NCBI RefSeq assembly: GCF_009914755.1
Contig: NC_060925.1
Source of the DNA: the human T2T-CHM13v2.0 reference genome, Homo sapiens
Direction: 5' to 3' (one strand)
DNA: 64,000 nt
Shown here: piece after piece, positions 45,800 through 62,071 of the stretch
How positions within the stretch are numbered: the first letter of the stretch is position 1
Layout: each line of letters opens with the position of its first letter
The notes under the pieces: generated by a model
The model's input: the letters and a program-made list of their open reading frames with translations, nothing else
Databases searched by the model: none
Told to the model about the DNA's origin: nothing
Program-made: the position numbers and the translations under genes

Positions 45800-46800
45800 C
45801 TTTCACACAGCGTCTGCTTGTAACCGCGGTCCCCACAGGAGTTTGTAGGATTTCTGTGCCAGCGGTGAAGGTGTTCTCACCTTATAGAGCAAGGTAGAAA
45901 CTACGCAGACAGGCGCTGTTCTTTGGGATGAAAGCAGGGCCTTTGGGGCTCTTTCTTAGTGTCCCCGTTCGGTTGTAGACATAACACGCTTGCTTTGTGT
46001 AGGAGATCGGCTCTGCCGGCGCCCAGGGGCCCTAACGCAATTCATCGAGACCCGCAGGTCAGAACTGCAGACTCACCTGTCTTGGCGGAAATGCGCTGCG
46101 CTCCTCCCTGTACTACATAAGCACGAGAATTCCACTACAGAAGAAAACCCCAGGCCTAGTGATGGCGGTTCTGGGCATTTTGCCAGCTTCTCCCAGGGTG
46201 TGTTTTCTGACCCCACCCACTTCTGATCTGTAATGTCATGGTCAATAGAAACTACTTGGCCCAAACGGAAAAGGCAAGGAGGAACACAGCGGGAAAGCCT
46301 ATGGCGTTCCCTGGTGGCTACCCCGGGGACTGCACTCATAGATCCGCGTGTTCCGAGAAGCCTCTGCCATCCCGACCCCGGAGCCGTGCAGAAACCCGCG
46401 GCTCCAAAGAAAACCGGCTAGAACGCACAGGAAGCCCAGCCAGTGTTCAGGACACTGCGAGTGGAAGCCGTACGTCCCACGGACTGATCTAGTTTGCTGA
46501 AGACGAGCCATTTACTTCTAACCCCAGCAGCGGACATTGCCTTGCTCAAATATAAAATATATGAACCAAGACCGAAAGCAACTCTTATTGCGTTACTGAT
46601 GAGCAAACGGGTTTTTAGAATGGTTAAGAAATGTCCCTTGTTTTGGGACCGTCATCACTAACGTATGCTTGGGATTCCTGATCGAGGAGCTTCTGAGCAA
46701 AGCAGCCCACCAATCCAGTGGCTGAGAACGGCTTGGATATTGGCTTCCAGGCGCATCAGAAATACTGAGGTTCTGACAAAGACGTGAGCTTCTGTCTGCC
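45800..46800. promoter_or_regulatory. CpG-enriched promoter-like region with a minus-strand first-exon donor at 46077
   Basis: Local CpG excess in an otherwise depleted window; GGCGGAAAT (ETS-like, 46084), TGCGCTGCGC (NRF1-like, 46092), two ACTACA (46112, 46134); CAG|GTGAGT on minus strand. Confidence 0.55.
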
Positions 46801-47633
46801 TTTGGGAAGGCCTTCTTCCAGTCCTGGCGCTGCCGCTTGCCTTCTGTTTGACCTGGGACCAGGTCCTTCAATTTGCTAGGCTTCAAGTTGGAAAGTGTTA
46901 CAGGAAAATAATAATACGAAGTACTTCTTAGAGTTATTGCACAGATTACAGAAGATAGTCTAATAGTACAGCTAGCATCCTGTATGGCTTACATTAAGGA
47001 TTTGCTGATAGGAAACAACATCCCAGATAAAGTTTTTTCCCCTTAATTATGAAATATAACAAAGGAAATTGTGTAGACTTATGCTTCAGGCCTCTGTAAC
47101 ATTTGAATGAATTTTGCACTTGTGAAGGTGACATCATTTTACAAAATCAGTTAATACTAAAGAATGACAAGTGGAATTTACAAAACATATATTCACAAAA
47201 AGAACTTGTTCTTAGCAGCTTTGTTTACAATAGTCCCCAAACTGGAAAAGGTTCATATGCATCAAGAGGTGAATGGACCTATTGTGATATATTCATCCAA
47301 CGGAGTACTACCCTCAATAAGATGGGACAAATTATGGAAACATGAGATAGCATGGGCCAATCTCAAAAACCTCATGCTGAGTGATGAAAAGAGTGCATTC
47401 TATGTGGTGCCATCAAGATGAATTTCTAGAACATGTGAAACTAACCTGTATAGTGGCAGAAAATACATCATTAATTGCTGGGGTCAGGGAGTCGAGGGGA
47501 CTGACTGCAAAGGGCACAAGAGGACCTTCTGGAGTAGTAGACATGTCATCAAACTTGAAATGGATGCAGTGTACCATATTCAACCAATGCCTTAATCAAT
47601 TTGATTGTAAAAAGTAGTAAGAAAACCACTGCA

Positions 47634-47812
47634 GGCTGGACGCGGTGGCTCACGCCTGTAATCCTAGCACTTTGGGAGGCTGAGGCAGGCGGATGGGAGG
47701 CGGAGGTCGCAGTGAGACGAGATCGAGCCACTGCACTTCAGCCTGGGCAACAGAGCCAAAAAAAAAAAAAAAAAAAAAAAAACCTCCGTCTCAAAAAAAA
47801 TAAAAAAAAAAA
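47634..47812 (+). mobile_element. Internally deleted Alu with an extra internal A25 run
   Basis: Left-arm start fused to right-arm end (GGCGGAT|GGGAGGCGGAGG). Confidence 0.9.
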
Positions 47813-49245
47813 AACACAGCAAATCATAATGCATTCTACTTAATTTAATGTATGTTTAGCTTTAGAGGATTCCTTTAGAAAAGCGTCTCGCTAAATGTGA
47901 TTGAGAGTTCAGGAATTCCTTCATTTCTGTTTCTGTCTCTTTGTCTTCAGTTAAATTCATGCACTATTAAATGGAATATTTGTAAAATAAAAATAGAGTC
48001 TAAGTTCAATTTTACAAAAGCATATATATAATATACAGCTCCCATATATATATGTGTGTATATATAGAGAGAGCTTTATTTATTGTTTGTTTTTTCTTTT
48101 GCGGGGGTGCGGGGGGGACAGTCTAGCTAAAATATACATTCTTCTCTCTGTAGATATACCAGAAGAACATGACTCGATCAGTGTTGCCCTAATGTTAACA
48201 AAAGTTATTTTGAACTTAAGGTGATCAGAAATTTTACCTATCTGTACTTTTTCTGTATTGGTGGTATGGTCTATGCTAAGCGTGTATAATTAAAAAAAAA
48301 GAGAGTAACTTCAAAATGATTTGGAAGAAAAAATATGTACATATGTGAATAGTACTTAATTCCAGGTGATGGGAATATGGATGACTGGTTATCTTCTTCT
48401 TTCTGTATCTTTTATATTTTTAAATGGAAAAACTCAACGACCTGGAAGTGAAAGAACAGATTTGGAAGAGGTGTGGGGCAGGTGAGAGGAAAATGCAGAG
48501 TGAAACTCTGTCTCAAAAAAAAAAAAAAGTTACTTGTAATAAAACTCACCAATTTTAAATCTACGATGTAACCATTTAAGGAGGTTTGTAGAATTGTGCA
48601 GCCATCAGCAGAGTCACGTTTTAGAATATTTTTGTCATTTCCCCAAATACCCTAAAGCCTCTGCACAGTCATTTCCTAATCTCTGGTGCCCATGACTGGG
48701 CCCCAACAAAATAAAAATTTGGAAATCCGACATCATTAAATTTCAAATTTTCTTAGATTGGGATTTTTTGTAGTGAATCATTGTCTTACTTTTGTGACAT
48801 TTGAGGAAATATTGCATTTTAGGGACTTTTTTGATGAACTTAATAGTCCTGTTCATTGCTCTTCGTGAATTGTTTCATTTTTACCGATAACTGATAGTTG
48901 CTACCAAACCTGGTCTGGCAAGCCTAAATGAATGAGCTAAAAAAGAAAAAAATCTGCTATAAGAAATAGAGATAGATGATGAATTTGCACATAAGATTAT
49001 GTGGAGTTAGTATTGTACCATCTTTATTCTTTCAGAAATTTGGTTGGTAACATTAGAGATACTCCTCACATGCTTGGAATGCCTCTCATTATCTTCTTCA
49101 GGTTGCAAGGGCTCCAGAATAGTGACATAAAGGTGAACGTGAGTGCAAGATTTTTGCTGTAGTTCTTTGCTCTTTAATTTTTTTCTCTTAGAGGGATTAG
49201 CTTCCATGTATCTGAAATAATAAATCAAGAGTAGAGATAGGCATC

Positions 49246-50400
49246 TGTACCAGTTTTCTATTGCTGCCTATTAACACATGCAACAAACTAGTGGATTGAA
49301 ACCACAGAAGTCTGGAACAGAGGCTGAGTTCTCTGATAAGGGTTTTAGGAAGCTGAATCCAGGTGTGTCTGGCTATGTAGTTACGTGGAGCTCAGGCTAC
49401 TTCTCCAATTTCACTTCAGGTATAGGAGGAATTCATTTTGTGGGAGTTGAAAGACTGGTTTTTCTTTTTCTGTGCTGGCTGTCCCAATAACAGCTCATGG
49501 AGTCCTTCTCAAGCTCCCATTCTTCCTGACGTTACCTTCTTCTGACAGCTAGAGAAACCACTGGCATGTATGCAGTGATGTGATTAGATCCAGTTTACAC
49601 AGGTAACCTCACCATCTTAAAGTCGTATAACTGGCTTATAACAACATAATCACCAGAATGATGTCTCAGCACCTTAACAGGCTTTAGAGACAAGGGTGTG
49701 GCATGTTTGGGGACCATTTCAGAAATTCCATCTACCGCAGTTGGACACTCACATTCCCCCATCTGCAAAATACATTCACCCTCTCCCCTAAGGTTTCCAA
49801 ATTTCATGTCATTAAAGCGTTAGTTCAAAGTGAAAAATGGTATGTAGACCACACCAGATCAAAAATTTAAAATCTTATCTTAATCATCCACACCAAGTAT
49901 GAATGAGGCTTCTGAGGGTGTCCTTGACATAATTCCCTTCCCTCTATCAACCTGTGAAACTGAACAAACAGCTTATCTGCCCTCAGTGTGCAATGGTGGG
50001 ACAGACATAGAAAAACGATTCTTTTTTTTAAAAATTTTTTTATTATACTTTAAGTTTTAGGGTACATGTGCACAATGTGCAGGTTAGCTACATATGTATA
50101 CATGTGCCATGCTGGTGTGCTGCACCCATTAACTCATCATTTAGCATTAGGTATATCTCCTAATGCTATCCCTCCCCCCTCCTAGAAAAACAATTCTAGT
50201 GATTCTTGTTCACAAACGGGGAAAGTGGAAGTAACAAAGAAGTCACTGATCCAAAACCTTTTTGAAATGGGGCTGAGCAAAGTCCAGCAGGAATTGCGTG
50301 GTTAGGATCCACAACCTGGAACTAACCTTCTGTGACATGGGGCTTTGCCTCTGGAGTCTGCATTTCTTTCTATCTTTATGGCAATCATTTTATTTTCCTT
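49246..50400 (-). mobile_element. MLT1 LTR plus adjoining MaLR internal sequence
   Basis: TGTACCAGTTTTCTATTGCTGCC...GGGGACCATTTCAGAA; internal CCCCCATCTGCAAAATACATTCACC; end approximate. Confidence 0.65.
50022..50182 (-). mobile_element. Short L1PA 3' end insertion
   Basis: TTATTATACTTTAAGTTTTAGGGTACATGTGC...CCCTCCCCCCTCC; TSD TAGAAAAAC(G/A)ATTC. Confidence 0.95.
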
Positions 50401-51269
50401 CCTCTCCTACTCCCTTGGTTCTTCCCCTTTCTCCTTATGGCAGCATCCTCCCCTTAATCCTTGGCACATCATCCCCAGCAGAATTGGTCAAATGTTGCCC
50501 ACGTCACGGTCCTGACCATCTCCATGAGGGGCTGTCCTTGTGACCCCCTGCTCCCCTGGGACCCTCTTCACTGACCTGACCTCTCTGTCATGATTGCTTT
50601 CAGCTGACCTGGCTGGTTTAGGAGAAAACCTAGAATTGTGGAGACCCAGAACCAATCTCTGCCCTCTCTTATCTCCAAGAGAGGAAGAAAATAATAGGTA
50701 TCACCATGGAGAAATGACCCACATGAGGGCTGAGACTCTCCAGCAGTTAGAGCAGAGGAAACTCCCTGAAGAAGGGAGGAGCTGAGATCCCAGGCTGGGA
50801 GAGCAGGCTTGTGTTAAGCATTACTTAATCTTTAATTGCTCCCTGCCTGAATCTACCAGCCAGCGAATGACAACTGACTGAGTATAAATACTAGGACTAC
50901 AGAACCGTGATAAAAGGTTTGTCCAAGGAAAAGCCCTTTTACTTTATTTGTTTTCACAGTGGAAATTGCTGTTTTTGATCCAAAGTTTTCTGAAACGCAG
51001 CAGTGAGTTCCTGGTGGGTGAGTTAGGTGCTTTGGACCTGGAGGCTGAGGCCAAGGCTTGTGTGGTCGATCTGCTGCCACCATGTGGTGAGGGAGCCTGG
51101 GAGAGTCTTAGTCTTTCTTGGCTTCACTTTCCTCCTCAGTGAGGTAGGGGCTTATTGTTCCTCTCTGAGGTCGCTTCCTACTGTGTTTTCTCTGAGTCTC
51201 TGAGGAACTGAGATGGTTTTTATTTATTTATTTTTTTCCTTCCCTTTCCCTCCTTCTTTCGTGTGCCCA

Positions 51270-51430
51270 GCTGCCAATCAAGCCACCCACCTTTCCATTT
51301 GCTGGGGAAGGGGGCGGTACCCAACCCCCTCTATTACTAGGGGGTTGTTATGGTAACTCCCCACGCGAGGGCTGGGTGGCCTCTAGATAGGACGGGCTGT
51401 CCACCCACCCAATTGCTATGGCAACAGTGG
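51270..51430. promoter_or_regulatory. RFX X-box / CCAAT / GC-box promoter module
   Basis: GTTGTTATGGTAAC (51344-51357), ATTGCTATGGCAAC (51412-51425), CCAAT (51274, 51409), GGGGCGG (51311), local CpGs. Confidence 0.65.
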
Positions 51431-52044
51431 AGCCGCTGAGGGAGGGGCCACTCCGTGAGAACTTGGCTGGAGAAACCACGTGGGAGTTGGGGGGCAGAGG
51501 AGGGGCACCGGCTGCCTCAGGAATGCCCTTTCCACCCTCACCTAGCAGGTTGGGGAAGCATCGAGGTGCTCTCAGATCTCAGGATAAGGAATCCTACCGC
51601 AGACGTGTATCTCTGCACCTCTTTTAACGAAGTGTTCTGCACAAAGGAACTGTTTCCACAATTATTCATTGATCACTGGAGTCGCGCGTGGAGGAAGGGG
51701 TGGCGAAGGGGAAGAGAGGGAATCTGCGTTCAGTCCCTTAAAATATTGCTTGGGTCGCCTTAGATCTAGTCATGTTGGCATAGCGCCTACAGCCATTAGC
51801 CTCAGTGGAGGCTGGGTAATGCTATCTAAGAACCACGAGTCATGTTCTACCGCTGAAATGCTGTGTGACCTTGAGCAAGTTGCTTTGCTTCTCTGAGGTT
51901 TTCTTTCACTGTGAAATTGAGGGGGGAGGCTGTATGATCCTCAAGAGCTCTTCTAGCACCAACACTGCCTCTGAAAGACTCCACCACCAGCCTTAATATA
52001 AACATCATTTAAGAGAGTTTAATTTAGAAGTCCTTGAAAAATAG

Positions 52045-53275
<1,231 letters not shown>

Positions 53276-54829
53276 CTGAGATGGTTTTTAATGCCACCCA
53301 GGACCTGCAGCTGAGACCTGACTCTGTGTGTCTCCTGCAGGAGCCTGAGCTGAGTCCACACACTGGAAGCCCAGAACTGAGGGAACAGATGAAAGAAAGA
53401 AAGTCAGCAGGTTTAGGGGATGAGAACAACTCACAAAGGACAAGCCATTGGTAAATGAAAACCAAAGAAGGGGGGAATAAGGACAAGTTGGGATAGAAGC
53501 CTCAGGGGAAATGGGCAATGCCTGTCATCATCCAAACTCTCAAGGAGCAGCGCGAGCTGAGCAGTGGGGACTGAGAGAGAAATTTACTCCACAGGAGTCT
53601 CCTGCCCCTGGCCAGGGAGAGCCACAGGCTGGATGACATCTGGTTTATAGTGAGGGGCAGCAGCAACTCCAAGAGGGGGAAGATGTGACCATGAGCCCCG
53701 CCCCAGACCCAGGAGGCTTGACCTTGGGGCTGCCGTAGCAGTGGATGCTCTTCAGGTCAGTGTGGGTTAGAGGGAATAACCATGCTGGGAGAAGGGTTGG
53801 AGACATCCATTCTTATGTTAAAAAGCTCTGCCCTAGGTCAGGTGCTAGAGTAAGTGTCCCTTGCTAGTATACAAAGCAGTGATACTTATAATATTCTTCT
53901 GTACTTACAGTTGAAGGAGGTTTCCAAATGATATCTCATAAATATTTATTGGTGTTTAATTTTCTTTACGCTGTGTTAAACACTTGGGATTCAGATATTA
54001 ATGTCTCCCCAAAGGAACTCAAGCCCATGAGAGAAAGAACAGAAATATAGCTTTTTAAGAAAATATGAAAGTTCCCCCACATTGGGGTGCTGTGGCAACC
54101 CATAGAGTGGGAGTTTAAGTGAAGACATTGCTCCTAATGACAGGGGGAATCATAAGAGGACTTCTTCAGAACAGACTCATTTTCCTCCAATGTCCCACAG
54201 AGAGGGATCCTGGGGCATGAATGGTGTAAGGCAAGGGCCAGTCTAAGGAAAGGGATTTGCTGCATCCTGGGAGAAATCTCAGCCTCCCTGACAGGATATT
54301 TGGGACAGGAATGCAGGTGAGAGGAGGTTTGCAATCGCTTTTATTCAATAATTGATGAACACTCTCCTGAGAACTCCCTTAGTGCTAGACCCTGAGCTGG
54401 GAACCATGAACACAGAGATTAGCAAGATATGATCTCAGCTTTGACAGAACTCTCAGTCTAGTGACCAGCGATTCCTGAGAAGTATGGTGATGGTGGGTTC
54501 ACTGGAACCAGTGGCCCATGCTGCATGGAGATGACCTCAGTGGATGGCCTGGTCTCTCTTCTGTTTTTTTCAAATAGCTGAATGACCTATCCTGGGCCCG
54601 TGACCCTGGACTTCAGCCAGATCAGCATCTCAAGGTACAACCAACATCTTGGCTCCATGATGGGTCAAAACAGTTAACACACCCAAGGTATTCAAGGTAT
54701 CAGTAGCTACTGACTATGTCCTGGCCAGCTGTGAAAAGAAAGGGGTGAATTTAACAAGTATTCTAAAATTGTCCTTGACATAGTAATCACAGATTATCTA
54801 TCTTCTGTCTGGTAATATATATATATATA

Positions 54830-55236
<407 letters not shown>

Positions 55237-56617
55237 TAGAAGTTGTGTGTTTTATCCTCTAATTATAGATGAAATACCTAAGGTGGAAAGGAGTAAAGCA
55301 GCTTCCATGAATGTAGTGAGAATGTAGGGGGGTTAGGGACTAAAGTCCTGCCTTAGGATTCCCCAGCAGTTGCCAGTCACAATTTTTGTACTCTTAGAAA
55401 CAACAACAACAACAACAAAATGACAACCTGTTTTGTTCCTCTGCTTACCCTATCCAATTCTCTACACCATAACATCTCTGCTTATCAAGACAACTTGGAT
55501 TCTCAATTTGTTGAGCTCAACAAATGCATCTCTTGAGCCCCTGTGGGTAAAGCATTATGCTAGTTATGGCGGGTGATACAGAGGAAGCACAGAAGAGTCC
55601 TTAGTGACAAGAGCTTAAGATTTCTGCTCTCAGCTCAGCCTGAGTTGCCTGCAGGTGAGAAAATCAGTAGCCGACACCCACAGGTGCATTCTGGTGAAAG
55701 GGTCGATGATAATGAATAGTGGTTCTGACAGGGCTGGGCTCTTAACCTCCCAAAGATGCTGGTCAAACAGAATCTGGAGGATCTCTGCACATAGTGTCTG
55801 ACTACTGACTGTCATAAGTGAATGTCGCCAAGTCTTGGCCTGGATCCCCTCCCTTTGTTTCATTTCACAGATTACATGTTGACAGCAGGAAAATCAACAG
55901 AAAGACCATGAGGCTAGACTCCAAAAGACTTAGTAATGCTGCTGGGTGGGCCATGAATTTTTAAAAACACATGAAGGGCCTTCTCAGAAGTGAAGTTTTA
56001 GGAAATATAAAATGCATAGCTGGGATACATTATAGTGTACTGATAGAACAAATATTGGATATAGCAGCATCTAATAACTTCTGGAGGAAAAAATATTTTT
56101 CACATTACTCCAATTATGGCCTTATATGACAAAAAAAGAAAAAAAAATCCCTAAGAGAACCACTAACATCCACTGGTTTTGTAGAAACAGGATACCCTTA
56201 GTGCACTTAAAGTTGGAAAAATGGCTCTGCCTTTAGGGCCATGCAATGAAACAGACTGTGTGGTAGTTGACACAGGAAGAGCAGAGCAGAGTTTATAACA
56301 ATGGCCACAAGACAGTTAAGGAAATGCTTTGGGGCTTTTAAGCAGCAGATAAGGTGACTCAGAGGAATGTTAGACAATCGCAGAAAAGCAACTTCAGCAA
56401 AGTTTTTGATTCAGTGGGCACTGCATACTTAGTCCATGCTCTGCATCTGTTCTTTCACAGTCTGTCCCTTCATCGACTTGGGCCTACAATGACTTTTCTG
56501 GGAGGGGAGAGGGATCAACACAACAGCATGCACACACCTGAAATAAAGAATGAATTTCTGATTTTCAGATTTTAGTCTCTGACATAACCAAAGAAGTGAC
56601 TACCATAGATGTTAACT

Positions 56618-56775
56618 TTTTTTTTTTATTATTATACTTTAAGTATTAGGGTACATGTGCACAACGTGCAGGTTTGTTACATATGTATACCTGTGCCATG
56701 TTGGTGTGCTGCACCCATTAACTCATCATTTAACATTAGGTATATTTCCTAATGCTATCCCTCCCCCACCCCCCC
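56618..56775 (-). mobile_element. Short L1PA 3' end insertion
   Basis: L1PA terminal 3'UTR; TSD AGATGTTAACT. Confidence 0.95.
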
Positions 56776-58039
56776 AGATGTTAACTATTAATAACATAAA
56801 TGATGCTCACAAATATGCAGATCTTATAATAACGAGGTAAAATAGCTTAAAAAATAGATGGTAGAACTGTAGTCCAGGGACACTAATAGAAGTGACCCAT
56901 AACATTACATCATCTCCACTTCCAACAAAAATCAGGCAAAAGAAGGAAGGAGACTGGCAACCCAATGCACAGAACTATATATAACAGGCATACTAGTTAT
57001 TGGTTGGTTATAAACCAGTGGGAATAAATCTTTTTTATATACTGACTCTTGGTTTATGTCACTGAGGCACAGCATGGAACAATAGAAAACCGGACTGTAA
57101 GATAAATACATTTGAGTAACTGGACTTTTGTAAACCATTAGACAGACATTTGAGAAACCAAATTTAAAGCTGTTTGTGAGCCATGTTAGCCTATCAAGGT
57201 TGAAATTCAGGAGAGATTCATAACGAAAAATAAATGCTTTTTTTTTTGTGACACTGTGATCTGATGCATTGGGAATGTGATCTTGTGAATCACTCAGGTG
57301 AGCAAGCCTGACATGAGTGGGCATAAAGGTCAGTAACTGAAGAGGTACCAAAATGTGCTACATGTGTCAATTGTGACCTAAAGAACTGAAGGCATTCACC
57401 CTCCCTTGAAGTAATGAAGCTGACACAGCAGGGGGCTGCAAATTCCACTGCAGATCAGGGTCTTGAAGCTGACATACTGAAGAGTGGACTCCCACTTGAG
57501 ATACAGAGTAGGAACTACTGTTTCCTACGGCTACTGAATATCCCACAAACTAACCTCCTCAGCATGCCATTATTAATTATTTTAAAGCTCTTAAAGGTCT
57601 CATTTTATAATAGATCACATCAGAAGGAAGACTAATAAGGATCAGGTACAAACTCATACTTGCTGGACATATCATTGCATATCATCCCCAAGTTTTTGGC
57701 ACTACATAATGTTGGAATAGATTCTTGAATATTAAATTTTAAACTAAGGGAGAACATTGGCTTCTAAATTTTACAACTATAGTATTGCAGCTAAACACAA
57801 GTGCAGATGGGCAGCCTTATAACTGCATGAGTAATCTTAAGGAAAACTTATTGGTGAACATACAGAACATTTCACATGCATTTGTCTACAAAGGACAAAC
57901 TCTTCCCAACCTCAGAACTTGATATGCGTTAGGACATTCCTCTCCCTTGGGCTGGTGATAAAGCTCCAATTGAAATGAGAAAGATTCTTCATGCCTGGTA
58001 AATACGCAAGTTTCCAAAGATATTGCCACTGGCCAATCA

Positions 58040-60360
<2,321 letters not shown>

Positions 60361-60661
60361 ACCGGGCGCGGTGGCTCACGCTTGTAATCCCAGCACTTCG
60401 GGAGTCCAAGGTGGGCAGATTACCTGAGGTCAGGAGTTGGAGACCACCCTGATCAACATAGTAAAACCCTGTTTCTACTAAAAAAATACAAAAATTAACC
60501 GGGGGTGGCGGTGCGTCCGTGTAATCCCAGCTACTTGGGAGGCTGAGGCAGGAGAATCGCCTTGCAGTGAGCCGAGATGGCGCCACTGCACTCCAGCCTG
60601 GGAGACGGAGCGAGAGTCTGTCTCGGGGGAAAAAAAAAAAAAGAAAGAAAAAAAAGAAAAC
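60361..60661 (+). mobile_element. AluS at a rearrangement junction (non-matching flanks)
   Basis: Left flank is L1 ORF2; right flank is GAAAACCACTGCA, which matches the left flank of the Alu at 47634. Confidence 0.88.
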
Positions 60662-61028
60662 GAAAACCACTGCAAATCATAATGCATTTTGTCCACTTTC
60701 TGAGAATGTGATTTCCTCTTCCTGTGGAAACAGCAATAATTTTTATGAGGGGGTGCTGCCCGGACCCCACTGGAGGAGTGGGTAAGATGAGGATTGTGCT
60801 CGGTGTTGCCTCCCTACAGAACCACACATACTGATCTGTAATACCTGTGGCCCCTAAGTGTCCGTGAAGGGACTGGTCCCTTTACAACATTGCGTATGGC
60901 TGCGGAAACCCACTATGTGGCAACAAGATGTATATGTGTGGGTTGGTGGTAAAACCATTATAGGCAACGGAAATTCAAAATGTTTCAGAACTCTTAAAAG
61001 TTCGCCTCATGTAGTATTTGGTTTCTTG

Positions 61029-61389
61029 CAGGGGGCCCCAAGCCCCCGGGGCTGTGGTCAGCTACCTGTCCTGGGCCTGTTAGGCACCAGGCCGCACAGC
61101 AGGATATGAGTGGCCCGCAAGCGAGCATTCCAGCCTGAGCCCCGCCTCCTGTCAGATCAGCGGTGGCATTAGATTCTCATAGAAGCACAAACCCTATTGT
61201 GAACTGCGCATGAACGGGATCTAGGTTGCGCGCTCCTTACGAGAATCTAATTAATGCCTGATGATCTGAGGTGGAACAGTTTCATTCCGAAATGATCCTT
61301 CCCTCTTTTCACGTCCCCCACCCCTGGTCCAAGGAAAAATTGTCTTCCACGAAACCAGTCCCCGAGGCAAAAAAGTTTGGAGACTGCTG
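61029..61389 (+). mobile_element. MER1B (hAT-Charlie DNA transposon)
   Basis: CAGGGGGCCCCAAGCCCCCGGG...GTCAGATCAGCGGTGGCATTAGATTCTCATAG...GGAGACTGCTG. Confidence 0.92.
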
Positions 61390-61834
61390 GTCTACAGTGT
61401 CCCAAAACCCTTTTCTATGGTTCCTTCCCAAAGCCTGGAGGCTCTAAGTCCTCCCCTGTTCTTATACTCCTGTGTGTTGAGAAAAATAGCATTTCCTATG
61501 CTCTGAAGGTTCTCCAGAACATTCTTTCTAGGCTGCAGGATGGAGATTAATAATAACAGAATATTTGGCATGGCCTTGTTAGCCAATCCAAAGCCCTCTG
61601 GGCTGAAGTGGGGGTTTTTCACTTCAGGGTCATCCAGCCTGGGTACCTTCCATCTCAGCATCCCCAGGCACAGACAGGAAGGTGACATCACCCCATTTAC
61701 ATGATGTCTGTCTTTGTGGCCTGGGCCACTGGGTGGCTTACCTCAGAGGCGGAGATGTCAGAGATGGGTGTTCTGGGCATGATTAACAAAGGGAAAACTG
61801 AGAGCGTTCCTACTGAAGCCCCTTCTCCTTTCAG

Positions 61835-62071
61835 CTCCCACCCAGGTGGCCTGTCCTCACGGGCCTTGGAGTGGAGACTTGAGCCACCAACTGTCAGAGG
61901 TGGAGACTTCACAGGCACAGCTGGAGCCAAGAACCCTGGTGCCCAATTGTCTGTGACTGCAACTGGATCAAGGGTTTGACTGTGGCTATGGCTTAGCCAG
62001 GCAGGATGTTTCCTCCACCACCTGCAGCTTCACAACCAACGGTGATCCTGGGAACCAATGGCCCTTCCAAG
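61835..62071 (+). pseudogene. NBPF4/NBPF6-like C-terminal exon with in-frame stop (NBPF pseudogene fragment)
   Basis: TTTCAG acceptor, G|GTAGGG donor, 237 nt, phase 1-1. Translates PTQVACPHGPWSGDLSHQLSEVETSQAQLEPRTLVPNCL*LQLDQGFDCGYGLARQDVSSTTCSFTTNGDPGNQWPFQ vs recalled NBPF4 PTEAACPQGTWSGDLSHHQSEVQVSQAQLEPSTLVPSCLRLQLDQGFHCGNGLAQRGLSSTTCSFSANADSGNQWPFQ. Confidence 0.88.

Noticed and set aside
46308-46380. TCCCTGGTGG resembling the 5' end of tRNA-Glu; tRNA genes often neighbour U1 variants on chr1
   Set aside because: Match is only 10 nt; no B box or cloverleaf. No tRNA gene recognised anywhere in the window
60738-60900. Short hairpin-like GC patch, possible small RNA
   Set aside because: No C/D or H/ACA boxes or Pol III promoter elements could be supported
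61701-61979. 92-aa ORF overlapping the NBPF exon
   Set aside because: Different frame from the NBPF homology and starts in intron sequence
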